Positions 24,460 through 36,649 of a stretch of DNA of 64,000 bases are shown one piece after another (the stretch's first letter is position 1; every line of letters starts with the position of its first letter). The stretch is taken from assembly GCF_035084215.1 (NCBI RefSeq), contig NW_027139581.1:5952001-6016000 (forward strand), read 5' to 3'. Under the pieces are notes generated by a model that saw only the letters and a list, made by a program, of their open reading frames with translations, did not search any database and was not told where the DNA came from. This stretch comes from Heptranchias perlo. Lineage: Eukaryota. A program made the position numbers and the translations under genes.

Positions 24460-25630
24460 ACAGTCCCTCGAAACCTCCATCTCACAGCAGCACATACAGT
24501 CCCTCTCCACCTCCATCCCTCACCAGGACATACAGTCCCTCCACACCTCCATCCCTCACCAGGACATACAGTCCCTCTACACCTCCATCCCTCACCAGGA
24601 CATACAGTCCCTCTACACCTCCATCCCTCACCAGGACATACAGTCCCTCTACACCTCCATCCCTCACCAGGACATACAGTCCCTCTACACCTCCATCCCT
24701 CACCAGGACATACAGTCCCTCTCCACCTCCATCCCTCACCAGGACATACAGTCCCTCTCCACCTCCATCCCTCACCAGGACATACAGTCCCTCTACACCT
24801 CCATCTCTCACCAGGACATACAGTCCCTCTGCACCTCCATCTCTCACCAGGACATACAGTCCCTCGACACCTCCATCCCTCACCAGGACATACAGTCCCT
24901 CTACACCTCCATCCCTCACCAGGACATACAGTCCCTCTCCACCTCCATCTCTCACCAGGACATACAGTCCCTCTACACCTCCATCCCTCACCAGGACATA
25001 CAGTCCCCCTACACCTCCATCCCTCACCAGGACATACAGTCCCTCTCCACCTCCATCTCTCACCAGGACATACAGTCCCCCAACACCTCCATCCCTCACC
25101 AGGACATACAGTCCCCCAACACCTCCATCTCTCACCAGGACATACAGTCCCTCTACACCTCCATCCCTCCCAAGACATACAATCCCCCTACACCTCCATC
25201 TCTCACCAGGACATACACTCCCTCTCCACCTCCATCTCTCACCAGGACATACACTCCCCCTACACCTCCAACCCTCCCCAGGACATACAGTCCCTCTACA
25301 TCTCCATCCCTCACCAGGACATACAGTCCCTCTCCACCTCCATCTCTCACCAGGACATACAGTCCCCCTACACCTCCAACCCTCCCCAGGACATACAGTC
25401 CCTCTACATCTCCATCCCTCACCAGGACATACACTCCCTCTACACCTCCATCTCTCACCAGTACATACAGTCCCTCTACACCTCCATCTCTCGCCAGGAC
25501 ATACAGTCCCTCTACACCTCCATCCCTCACCAGGACATACAGTCCCTCTACACCTCCATTTCTCACCAGGACATACAGTCCCCCTACACCTCCATCCCTC
25601 ACTAGTACATGCAGACCCCCTACACCTCCC
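24460..25630. repeat. 36-bp minisatellite (about 32 copies)
   Basis: CCCTCACCAGGACATACAGTCCCTCTACACCTCCAT units; source of the spurious 400-aa ORF. Confidence 0.96.
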
Positions 25631-26146
25631 CCTTGAATTTCATATTAAAATGAAAAGCATTGTTTACGATCCCTGTGTCAAGTAGACAAAAGGATGTACC
25701 GATATTACTGGGCAATACACCGAGCTGAGGATATTCCAGGGCCTCCCCCACTCTATTAATGAGGGTGTTGGAACAGGCCAGGTAATCAGCACAGTGATTG
25801 TCTGATTGGTCAGATTTTGGACTCTACGAATAACCATTGACGTTTCCAACCATCACAGAATCGCCCAGAATGAGTCTGAGCCGGACGAGAAATCTCCCGA
25901 TCTTTGAGGGCACCAGATTCAGGAGGAATGAAACCTTTAAAGGATGTCCTTCGGCGCTTTATAAATGCAAATTCTTACTTTTTTCCAACAACTATATTTA
26001 GATTCTCCGATACTCAAAGCAACAACTCCGGTTACTTGAATTATTCTCAATATTCACGACTTATTTACTTTCATTCAGCTTAAATGACTGACTCCTTCTT
26101 ACGGACGATTAACCCAGAACTGACAATTGTTACATGACCAACTCAT

Positions 26147-26950
26147 GTGAGTGTAGAAGTGAACCCAGTCAGAGTCAGCACCTTCAGGGGAGGAGAGAGA
26201 GAGGGGAACCAGTGAGTGTCGAACTGAACCCAGTCAGACTCAACACCTTCAGGGAGGAGAGAGAGGGGAACCAGTGAGTGTAGAACTGAACCCAGTCAGA
26301 GTCAGCACCTTCAGGGGAGGGGAGAGAGGGGAACCAGTGAGTGTCGAACTGAACCCAGTCAGAGTCAGCACCTTCAGGGGAGGACAGAGAGGAGAACCAG
26401 TGAGCGTGGAACTGAACCCAGTCAGAGTCAGCACCTTCAGGGGAGGAGAGAGAGAGAGGAACCAGTGAGTGTCGAACTGAACCCAGTCAGAGTCAGCACC
26501 TTCTGGGGAGGATAGAGAGAGGGGAACCAGTGAGTGCAGAACTGAACCCAGTCAGAGTCCGCACCTTCAGGGGAGGAGAGAGAGTGGAAACAGTGAGTGT
26601 CGAACTGAACCCAGTCAGAGTCAGCACCTTCAGGGTAGGAGAGAGAGTGGAACCAGTGAGTGCAGAACTGAACCCGGTCAGGGTCAGCACCTTCAGGGGA
26701 GGAGAGAGTGTGGAACCAGTGAATGTCGAACTGAACCCAGTCAGAGTCAGCACCTTCAGGGGAGGAGAGAGAGGGGAACCAGTAAGTGTAGAACTGAACC
26801 CAGTCAGAGTCAGCACCTTCAGGGGAGGGGAGAGAGGGGAACCAGTGAGTGTAGAAATGAACCCAGTCAGAGTCAGCACCTTCAGGGGAGGAGAGAGAGG
26901 GGAACCAGTGAGTGTGGAACTGGACCCACTCGGAGTCAGCACCTTCAGGT
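26147..26950. repeat. 63-bp ZNF-associated minisatellite (about 12-13 copies)
   Basis: AGTGAGTGTAGAACTGAACCCAGTCAGAGTCAGCACCTTCAGGGGAGGAGAGAGAGGGGAACC units. Confidence 0.96.
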
Positions 26951-27153
26951 GTGGCTTAAAACTCGGAGATGGAAATATTTTGGAGATGGTGCGATGGGTT
27001 TGGATTTCAGCACAGGGAGGAGGGAGAGTGTGTGGGACGGGGATTTACAGTCTGGTGGAATGAGCGGGAAGAATATTCGACAGAAACAAGAATTGTCTGT
27101 TCCGAATTTCTATCCTGATTTAAAGTGATGACTTTTATAAACTCCTTTTACAG

Positions 27154-27867
27154 GGTATTGGAAGGGGAGGATTTACAGACGGGAAACTCAAACCAAACAT
27201 CACGTCAAGATCTGACCGAGTCACTCGATTCTTCAGGACCTGAATATCATCGGCCTTTGAATGTGGAAGGAGAAATGTTTGTCTGTTGTGTCTGTGGGAA
27301 AAGATCAAACATCCGTGTGAGTGGAAAATCACCGAGACACACACACCCGAGTGAGAGTGTTCCAGTGCACTGAGTGTGGAAAGAGCTTTAACCAGTCACA
27401 CAGCCTGAAAAAACATCGCACCATTTACAGCGGGGAGAAACCGTCCACGTGTTCTGTGTGTGGACGAGGCTTCAACTGATCGTCCAACCTGGAGAGACAC
27501 AAGGACACCCGGACCACGCAGAAACCGTGGAAATGTGGGGACTGTGGGAAGGGATTCAATTCCCCATCCCAGCTGGAAACTCATCAGCGCATTCACACTC
27601 GGGAGGGGCCGTTTACCTGCTCCCTCTGTGGGAAGGGATTCACTCAGTCATCCACCCAGCTGCCACACCAGCGAGTTCACATTGGGGAGAGGCCGTTCAC
27701 CGGCTTCGTGTGTGGGAAGGGATTCACTCGTTCATCCCACCTCACTGTGCACCGACTTGTTCACACTGATAAAGGACCCTTCAAATGTTCTGACTGTGAG
27801 AAGAGATTTAAAAGCAAAAGGAATCTGCAGAGAGACCAACGTATTCACACTGGAGAGGCTGTTTAAA
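27154..27867 (+). pseudogene. C2H2 zinc-finger gene terminal exon, frameshifted
   Basis: ttttacag acceptor; VLEGEDLQTGNSNQTSRQDL leader; CxxC..H..H fingers and TGERPF-type linkers broken by frameshifts and stops; AATAAA at about 28044. Confidence 0.88.
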
Positions 27868-28259
27868 ATGGTCTGAGACACCAGTGAGTTCACCTGTGAT
27901 GCAGGGGTTGGATTCTGCTGTTATTTCTGCTGTTAATCACATCCAGGACTGAACCATGTTCATTCTGACAGTTGGGGTTTGTTTCTGCTGATGTTAATAA
28001 CCCCTATAACTGGACTGTAGTTTAATATTCTGGATACACGGTGAATAAATCAGCTTTGTTTCAAACACATTGTTGTCGATTTTTGTATTTCCCACTTGAG
28101 TGTTTAGCATCACCTGACTGGAGATCAGAAAGGACAATCTGGGGGGAGGATCGTCCGGTGGGAACAGAACTTCAGCCCGGACACAGTCCTTCAGGGCCGC
28201 ACTGAGAGGGGCAAACGGCACTTTGGGATTTCTCGCCTCTCTTCACTGACAGCAAAGTC

Positions 28260-29815
28260 ACCGTGAGGATCCTGGCAAGCGGCTCACAGAGCACCCGTCC
28301 CATCTCTTTAAACACCCTTGGGTGGATATCATCTGGACCTGGAGCACAATCTATTTTGAGATTTGTTCTTTTATCCAAGATGACATCCCTTTCTATTTTA
28401 ATATTTCTGATGTTACTGTTGACAGCACATCCCACAGAATGAAACAGGGCCAATAAGGAAAAAAGTACTCCTTAAAATTCCTCTTTGGCTGTTATCTGTT
28501 GTTAAACCCATTTAAAATAAATGGGATAAATTCTGCATTAAAATAGCAGAGGGAGGAGTTCACAGGAGCCTGTTAACGGCTGGTACAATTATCCACCTGT
28601 CATTTGATCTCCAGATAAAGAAGGACCTGCAGTGTGTTTCCAGAATTCCCTGTTTTATTAATGTGTGCGGGTTAGACACCAGGATAACTAAAAATACACG
28701 ACCTGGACCATCCCCGGTACATCCCTGGCGTTGGGGTGGGGGGAGGGGCGGTCATTACTATTGACAGTTGCTCCGGGAAGAGAAGATCTTTGGAAATGAT
28801 GGTGGACAATTTTGGTAATAATAGTCAAAGTTTTTCCAGCACCGAATCGCCAATTTATAGACTCTATCGAAACCACACTCCGTCAATAGCTGTTACTCCG
28901 TGCGTTCGTAAAACCCTTCTGAATTTATGCTCTCCAGAATGCCAATCACTTGAGTCAGCCCCAGCTGACTTTGGGGATCTGGGGTGGAGGGTGGCGCACG
29001 GAGCGGTCGCGTGCAACCGGCGGTTACGCCATTTCACGGACACCCAGGCCGCTTGTGATTTCTGCGGCCTGGAGGAGTCCGTGTTCCATCTGTACACTGG
29101 GTGTGCGAGACTGCAGCCCCTGTTCCATTATTTGAAGGGGCTGCTCCTCAAGTTCTGGCTGCACTTCAGTCCCACGCTCCTGATCTTTGGCCGCCCGGTG
29201 AGGAGGGGGGCGGGCAGGTCGGTGGACGTTCTCGTGGGCCTGCTCCTGGGCCTGTCCAAGGTGGCCATCCACAGGTCTAGGATGATCGTGGTCCGTGGGG
29301 GCGGTCGCTCGGCCTGTCTGCCTCTCTTCCGCGGAATGCTCCGCGCCCGGGTGGCCCTGGAGATGGAGGACGCGGTGTCTGCCGGTACGCTCGAGGCTTT
29401 CCGCGGCCGGTGGGCACCGCAGGGGCTGGAGTGCATCCTGGACGAGGATAATAAAATTTTAATTTGAACACTTGGTTTTGGTTTATTTGGTTTTTAGTAT
29501 TTAAGCACACCCCACACCCCCCCCCCTTATAAAAGGGGGGCCTAATTTTTTAAAAAAAGTCAGCCCCAGCTGACAGTAGATTACCAGTTCTAACCAGTCA
29601 TCTAATTAACTCGGTGACCAATTGGCAGTTCAGGCTGCTTGTTTACCACTAACTGAAAACTGCAAGTTCAGATTAAATTTGAGTGAAATGCTTGATGCCA
29701 AACTTAGTCAAATTTTAGATAAAGATCAAACCATAAAAATCCCCTCACTCACAAAATTCCCAATATTTGACTCTGTCGAAACCAGACTCTGTTGATAGCT
29801 GCTACTCCGTGCTCC
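28260..29815 (-). mobile_element. Highly decayed CR1 (RT fragment, ORF1 trace, 5' region), interrupted by Tx1
   Basis: APGPDDIHPRVFKEM..LCEPLA; 29750-29815 is the inverse of the CR1 leader at 42690-42765. Confidence 0.6.
28970..29557 (+). mobile_element. Tx1/L1-clade LINE 3' end with poly(A) and 17-bp TSD
   Basis: Uninterrupted GDLGWRVAHGAV..CDFCGLEESVFHLYTGC (zf-RVT CCHC); A-tail; AGTCAGCCCCAGCTGAC at 28953-28969 and 29558-29574. Confidence 0.92.
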
Positions 29816-30049
29816 CTCACTCGAACTGCTGGTCAGGATTGAGGATTGGGGTTAGAGTAGTCGTTCGGGCTGATGGGTAGGATTGAGGATTGGGGTTAGT
29901 AGCTCGGGATGGTGGTCAGGATTGGGGTTCGTGGTTAGGTTTGGTGGTCAGGATTGAGCTTGGACATAGAGAAAGATTTTAAAGAGCGTCCTCAAGGAGG
30001 AGAGAGAGACAGAGCCGTTTGGGAAGAGAATTCCAGAGCTTAGGGCTGC

Positions 30050-30845
30050 TGTTAAGGCCAGCATTTATTGCCCATCCCTAATTGCACTTGAGAAGGTGGT
30101 GGTGAGCCGCCTTCTTTAACCGCTGCAGTCCATGTGGTGAAGGTTCTCCCACAGTGCTGTGGTTAGTGGTTAGAGCGGGTGTGTAGGATTGAGGTGGTCG
30201 AGGTCATGGGTTTGGGAGGTGCTGTTGAAGAAGCCTTGGCGAGTGCATTCTGCAGATGGTACACACTGCAGCCACTGTGCGTCTGTGGGGGAGGGAGTGA
30301 ACATTTAGGGTGGTGGATGGGGTGCCATTCAAGCGGGCTGCTTTGTCCTGTGTGGTGTCAAGCTTCTGGAGCGTTGTTCGAGCTACACTAATCCAGGCAA
30401 GTGGAGAGTATTCCATCGCATTCTTGACCTGTGCCTTGTAGATGGTGGAAAGACTTTGGGGAGTCAGGAGGTGAGTCATTCGCCGCAGAATACCCAGCCT
30501 CTGATCTGCTTTGTAGCCACAGTATTTATATGGCTGGTCCAGTTAAGTTTCTGGTCAATGGTGACCCCCAGGATGTTGATGGTGGGGGGTTCGGAGATTG
30601 TAATCCTGTTGAATGTCAAGGCGAGATAGTCAGACTTTCTCTTTTTGGAGATGGTCATTGCCTGGCACTTGTCTGACGCCAATGTTACTTGCCTCTTATC
30701 AGCCCAAGCCTGGATGTTCTCCAGCTCTTGCTGCATGCGGGCTCGGACTGCTTCTTAATCTGAGAGGTTGCGAATCGAACTGAACACTGTGCAATCTTCA
30801 ACGAACATCCCCACTCCTGACCTTATGATGGAGGGAAGGTCATTG
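30050..30845 (-). mobile_element. CR1/L2-group LINE 3' part (second family)
   Basis: MQQELENIQAWADKRQV; TIYKAQVKNAMEYSPLAW; inverted counterpart at 42270-42590. Confidence 0.85.
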
Positions 30846-31239
30846 TAAGGTCTGACGGAATAAAGAAGGACAAGGGGGAAGATCCTTTCTCTTTAATTCT
30901 GTTTTACAGATGTTTTTTGTTTTCAGTGTACTGTCTCTTTCAGAAGCCGGTTGACTGTTACTGTCCCTTTAAAAAGTCTGATGAATGTTACTCTCCCTGT
31001 TAAAGCCTGATGAATGTTTTCCCACCTGTTAACACCAATTGCATTATGTTCTGTTTTTTTTATTTATGAATTACACTGTGTTATTCCCCCATTACTCCGT
31101 GCTCTCTGTCCTGAATTGATCCATTTTACTAACTAATGTTGAAATCTTTGCTCCGCCCCACAGGGTTCCATCTGTTTGAAGCCACAACAGAAAGGGCCAG
31201 TTTTCTCCTGGAGTTTGAGATCAATCAGGTTCAAAAATG

Positions 31240-31870
31240 TTGCAGAGTTTCAGCCAATGAGGGAGATCCGGGCTCAGCCCCGCCCACTCGGTGCCGCAAG
31301 TCCCGCCCCTCACTCACTCCCATTGGTTGGAGGACCCTTCGCACGCAAGGTGCTCCAGCCCCACCCCCGCTCTTCCTATTGGCCCGGAGCTCCCGTCAAT
31401 CACCCGGGCAGTGTGAGGTGAGCATGCGCGGCGGGCGGGCGGCGACTGAGGGAGAGGCGGAGGGGAAAGAGCTGGAGAGAGCGGGTTAATAAAGGGCGGG
31501 GATCGCAGGGCCCAGAAACACCGAGTGTAGGGCCCAGGACCCGAGAGAAAACAGGCGGCATTACCCCCCCCCCTCCATTATCCCCCCTCCATTATCCCCC
31601 CTCCACTACCCGCCCTCCATTATCCCCCCTCCACTACCCGCCCTCCATTCTCCACCCTCCATTATCCCCCCTCCACTACCCGCCCTCCATTATCCCCCCT
31701 CCACTACCCGCCCTCCATTATCCCCCCTCCACTACCCGCCCTCCACTACCCCCCCTCCATTCTCCCCCCTTTCCCCCCGTTATTGATCCGCCGGTTCCCG
31801 GTTTCGCTCAAGCGGAAACGCAACGAGCGGCCCATGGGCCCCGCGCATGCGCCAAACTGCGGGACAGTCT
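31240..31870 (+). promoter_or_regulatory. CpG-rich promoter/first exon of ZNF unit
   Basis: Several CCAAT/ATTGG boxes, GC boxes (CCCGCCC), NRF1-like GCGCATGCGC near 31843, donor GAG|GTGAGC at about 31418. Confidence 0.65.
31560..31780. repeat. 14-bp C-rich minisatellite (G-quadruplex-prone on minus strand)
   Basis: CCCTCCATTATCCC / CCCTCCACTACCCG units. Confidence 0.9.
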
Positions 31871-32529
31871 GGGAGCGTCTATAAACGAAAGAAAAATAAC
31901 GAGGGTCAGGGAGCGTTTGTAAATGAAGGATAAAAGGTGACGTTCAGGGAGTGTCTGTAAATGAAGGAGAAATGGTGAAGGTAAGGGAGCGTCTGTAAAT
32001 AAAGGAGAAAAAGTGACGGGTCAGGGAGTGTCTGGAAATAAAAGTGAAATGGTGATGATCTGGGAGTGTCTGCAAGTGAAGGTGAAATCATGATCCATCA
32101 GGCAACGTCTGTAAATGAAAGAAAAATAATAATGTGTCAAGGACATTTGTAAATGAAGGAGAATTCATGCTGGAGCAGGCAGCTTCTGTAAATGAAGGAA
32201 AAATCATGGGTCAGTGATCGTCCATAAACGAAGAGAAATGGAGACGAGTCAGGGGGTGTTAGAGAATCATACTTACCTATTTAACGCGCAGGTTAAAAAT
32301 CAACATAACAACAATATAAAGACAAATCATCAGCAATATTATATCAGCGCTTTTCATCAGTTCACTTCAAGGCAGTTTGCAAAACTCTGTTGCCAGTCTG
32401 ATTAACCCTTTCCTTAAAGAGAGACAACTCCTGCTACTGCCCCCTCGACCATGTCCCCACCACTGAAGATCATCAATTCTCAGACCGTTACTGACCTCAT
32501 CTCTTCAGGAGGAGAAACCAGTCATTATA

Positions 32530-32800
32530 GAACTTAACCCAGCCAGAGTCAGCACCTTCAGGGGAGGAGAGAGGGAGGGGAACCAGTGAGTGTAGAACTG
32601 AACCCAGTCAGAGTCAGCACCTTCAGGGGAGGAGAGAGAGGGGAACCAGTGAGTGTAGAACTGAACCCAGTCAGAGTCAGCACCTTCAGGGGAGGAGAGA
32701 GAGGGGAACCAGTGAGTGTAGAATTGAACCCATTCAGAGTCAACACCTTCAGGGGAGGAGAGAGAGGGGAACCAGTGAGAGTAGAACTGAACCCAGCCAT
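32530..32800. repeat. 63-bp ZNF-associated minisatellite (about 4 copies)
   Basis: Same unit as 26147-26950. Confidence 0.95.
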
Positions 32801-33078
32801 AGAAGTGGGAGTGAGAAAACTGGATATGGAGTAAGGAATGATGGAGATGGTGCGATGGGTTTGGATTTCAGCAGAGGGAGGAGGGAGAGTTTGTGGGACG
32901 GGGATTTACAGCTTTGGGGGAACAAGAGATGAAAGAATGTTCCATAGAAACTAAAATTGTCTGTTCTGAATTTCTATCCCGTATTCACAGTGATGACTTT
33001 TGTAAACTTTTTTGTAGGGCATTAGAAGGGGAGGATTTACAGACGGGAAACTCAAATCAAACATCACGTCAAGATCTG

Positions 33079-33492
33079 ATGGAGACACTCTATTCATCAG
33101 GACCTGAATATCATCGGCCTTTGAGTATGGAAGGAAAAAGCACCATTCACAGAGGGGAGAGGCCGTGGGAATGTGGGGACTGTGGGAAGGGATTCAATTG
33201 CCCGTCCCAGCTCGAAACTCATCGACGCAGTCACACTGGGGAGAGGCCGTTGATCTGCTCCGTGTGTGGGAAGAGATTCACCAAATCATCCCACCTGATT
33301 GAACACCAATTTGTTCACATTGATAAGAGACTGATTAAATGTTCTGAGTGTGAGAAGAGCTTTAAAAACACAAAGGATCTGTTGACACACCAGCGAGTTC
33401 ACACTGGGGAGAGGCCGTTCACCTGCTCCGTGTGTGGGAAGGGATTCACTCAGTCATCCCACCTCCTGTCACACCAGCGAGTCCACAAGTGA
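33079..33492 (+). CDS. C2H2 zinc-finger protein (4 fingers, shark ZNF family)
   Basis: Acceptor tttttgtag| at 33017; ATG at 33079 or 33127 (MEGKSTIHRGERPW); four intact CxxC-x12-HxxxH fingers with TGERP linkers; AATAAA at about 33662. Confidence 0.8.
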   Translation: METLYSSGPEYHRPLSMEGKSTIHRGERPWECGDCGKGFNCPSQLETHRRSHTGERPLICSVCGKRFTKSSHLIEHQFVHIDKRLIKCSECEKSFKNTKDLLTHQRVHTGERPFTCSVCGKGFTQSSHLLSHQRVHK

Positions 33493-34189
33493 CTGCAGGG
33501 GTTGGATTCTGCTGCTATTGCCGCTGTTAATCAAATCCAGGACTGAACCATGTTCATTTTTGCAGTTGGGGATTGTTTCTGCTGATGGTAATTACATGTA
33601 GCCGTGGTATCCAGGGAAGGGATCGGTAACACGCTGCAATTTAATATTTAATACATGTGAAATAAATCAGCTTTGCTTCAACCACACAGTGTGTCAAGTC
33701 CTTGAGTTCTCCAAGGTAAGAGGAGACTATTTGACGTCCTGTTACCCACTGTTCCATTTTTGGATCTTTCTCCTTTCTCACTCTGGATTATTTCAGTTCT
33801 CATACCTTCAGTTACTCTCATGGACAAGTCCCAGCTCCCCATACCTCCCAGATTCCTTCTCCTAACCTCAGTATCCAGGGAAGGTATCGGTAACAGGCCC
33901 GGGATCTCTAAACACTAAACCCAGTCTGTTAATTACTCCACTGTAGGGGTGAGGGCTGTAACAGGTGAGTGTGATCCCCTCCCAACCAATGTGTGACGCT
34001 TCTGCAGTCTAATATCCTGCTGCCACTCACTGCCCCGACTGACGGGTGAAGAGTTGCCACTGAACTGGTCTTGGAGCTTGACCACACCTGTGGATCTGTG
34101 AGCCCAGTGGGAGTCGGGACCTTCAGGAGAGGAGAGGAGAAAATGGTGAGAAACCCCCTGTGAGCAGAGTGAGAATAAAATAAATGAGG

Positions 34190-34550
34190 CACTGGGACCC
34201 TGAAGCCCCGCCCACTCTTTGTTCCCGGTCACTGGGACCCTGAAGCCCCGCCCACTCTTCGTTCACCGTCACTGGGACCCTGAAGCCCCGCCCACTCTTT
34301 GTCCCTGGTCACTGGGACCCTGAAGCCCCTCCCACTCTTTGTTCACCGTCACTGGGATCCTGAAGCCCCGCCCACTCTTTGCTCCCGGTCACTGGGACAC
34401 TGAAGCCCCGCCCACTCTTTGTTCCCGGTCACTGGGACACTGAAGCCCCGCCCACTCTTTGTTCCCGGTCACTGGGACCCTGAAGCCCCGCCCACTCTTT
34501 GTTCCTCGTCACGGGGACCCTGAAGCCCCGCCCACTGTTTGTTCCTGTAC
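34190..34550. repeat. 40-bp GC-box minisatellite (about 9 copies)
   Basis: CACTGGGACCCTGAAGCCCCGCCCACTCTTTGTTCCCGGT units. Confidence 0.95.
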
Positions 34551-34554
34551 CTTG

Positions 34555-35250
34555 AAGGCTGCGCCTGCGCAGTTCTGCTGACAAACGTCCTGACCTTCCT
34601 CTACAAAAATGGCGGTCGGAGACCCGCGCCTGTTATCGGGGATGAAGGCTCACGGCTTCAATCCGGGTGAACACGCCTCTGCAGCCGCGCTCTATCTTTA
34701 TAAACCCTGCGGCGTGGGCTTGCCCGGTTTATTGATCTCCAGCCCCCCGCGTCTTTTACCTGCTTCGGACCCGCGGCTCCGGACAGAAGTCACTCTCGCG
34801 CCTGCGCGCTGGTCTCCTGTATTTGGGAATAGGGCGTATTCGCACTCGCGCTGCACTCTGGGTAACTCGGACCACCATTGAAACCATTTTGTTGCCATTT
34901 GCTGTGATCGGCGGGGGCCGGTGGGGGAAACGGGGGGATCAGCGAAAATAAATGGAACTTGATCGGAACATTGGAGCCCGGGGCTCGGCCGCCACATGGA
35001 GCGGTCTCCGCCCCGCGCCAGGCTCGCTGGGCCGCCATTAACCGTCAGCAACAGGAGACTGTCGCCATTCTTAAAGGGACAGTGAGCGCACTGTCTCTGC
35101 TGTTGGCAGTTAAAGTGCTCTCTTCGACTCCAGGTTGTGTTTTTGTGGTAGTGAAACGCACAGTGCTTCTCCTCAACCGTGGGGCTGAGGCGGATCTTTA
35201 AAGGGACAGTGGTTCCCTTCTTTGACATAGAATTACTTCGAGATTAAAGC
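34555..35250. promoter_or_regulatory. CpG island / candidate bidirectional promoter
   Basis: CpG dense; GCGCCTGCGCA (NRF1-like); YY1-like AAAATGGCGG at about 34606 (+) and GCCGCCATT / CGCCATT at about 35031 and 35063 (-). Confidence 0.6.
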
Positions 35251-35656
35251 AGAGAAACAGGCCATTCGACCCAACTGGTCGAAGCCGGTGATAATGCTCC
35301 ACACGACCTTCCTCCCTGCATCATTTAACTCCTTTCTGTGCGTGTTTATTGTTAAAGGTACAGTGCCACTTCTTACCTGTTGGAGTGGTGCAAATATTTA
35401 AAGGGACAGTGACTCCACTTTCTGTGTATATTTATACTTAAAGTTACAGTGCACCTCCTTACCTGTGGCAGTTGGCGGGGTTTCAGGGTCTCTGTTCCCA
35501 ACCTGGTTCCAGTCACCAGGAGACAAAATCATTGACTCATTTAATGTGTTCTCACGCTGCACACAGGGGTTTCTCACCGTTCTCTTAGCTCCTCCCCTCA
35601 AGCTGCTGACACGCGCTGGGGTGAGTCTGATTCCCAGAGATTTCTGAAGTAACAAC

Positions 35657-36295
35657 CCCAGGGTTGACTTCCATTTAAAAGTCCCGAGGGTTAGAATCCC
35701 CATCTACACTCCCAGGGTTAGAATCCCCATCGACACTCCCAGGGTTAGAATCCCCATCTGCACTCCCAGTGTTAGAATCCCCATCGACAGTCCCAGGGTT
35801 AGAATCCCCATCTGCACTCCCAGGGTTAGAATCCCCATCTGCACTCCCAGGGTTAGAATCCCCATCTGCACTCCCAGGGTTAGAATCCCCATCTACACTC
35901 CCATGGTTAGAATCCCCATCTACACTCCCAGGGTTAGAATCCCCATCCACACTCCCAGGGTTAGAATCCCCATCGACAGTCCCAGGGTTAGAATCCCCAT
36001 CTGCACTCCCAGGGTTAGAATCCCCATCTGCACTCCCAGGGTTAGAATCCCCATCTACACTCCCAGGGTTAGAATCCCCATCTGCACTCCCAGGGTTAGA
36101 ATCCCCATCTGCACTCCCAGGGTTAGAATCCCCATCTACACTCCCAGGGTTAGAATCCCCGTGTACAATCCCAGGGTTAGAATCCCCATCTACACTCCCA
36201 GGGTTAGAATCCCCATGTACAGTCCCAGGGTTAGAATCCCCATGTACAGTCCCAGGGTTAGAATCCCCGTGTACAGTCCCAAGTTTAGAATCTCT
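35657..36295. repeat. 27-bp minisatellite (about 23 copies) followed by a degenerate (TG)n tract to about 36640
   Basis: CCCAGGGTTAGAATCCCCATCTACACT units. Confidence 0.96.
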
Positions 36296-36649
36296 TTATA
36301 CAGTGCAGAGGGTGCAGTCGGAAAATGTCTGCCTGCGTGTGTAAATTGTCTTCAGTTGGTTGTATCTGTGTGTAGCTTGCTTGTAATTTCCTTCTGTGTG
36401 TCGAATGTGTGTTGTTTGTGTGTAGTTTGAGTGTGTAATTTGTGTCTGTGTGTCGTGTGTGTGTACTATGTGTAGTTTGTGTGTCTAATATGTGTCTTTT
36501 TGTAGTGTGTCGTATTTGTGTGTGTAGTTTGTGTCTGTGTTTGTTTGTTTACAGTTTGTGTCTGTGTGTAATCTGCCTGTGTTGTTTGTATGTGTGTAAT
36601 TTCTGACCGTTTGTAGCATGTGTGTTGTTTGTATGTGTGAGTTAGGTAT

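Noticed and set aside
24403-25605. 400-aa His/Pro-rich ORF and similar repeat ORFs (26530, 35769, 42755, 48909, 55038)
   Set aside because: Products of minisatellites, open in several frames and strands, with frame switches between units.
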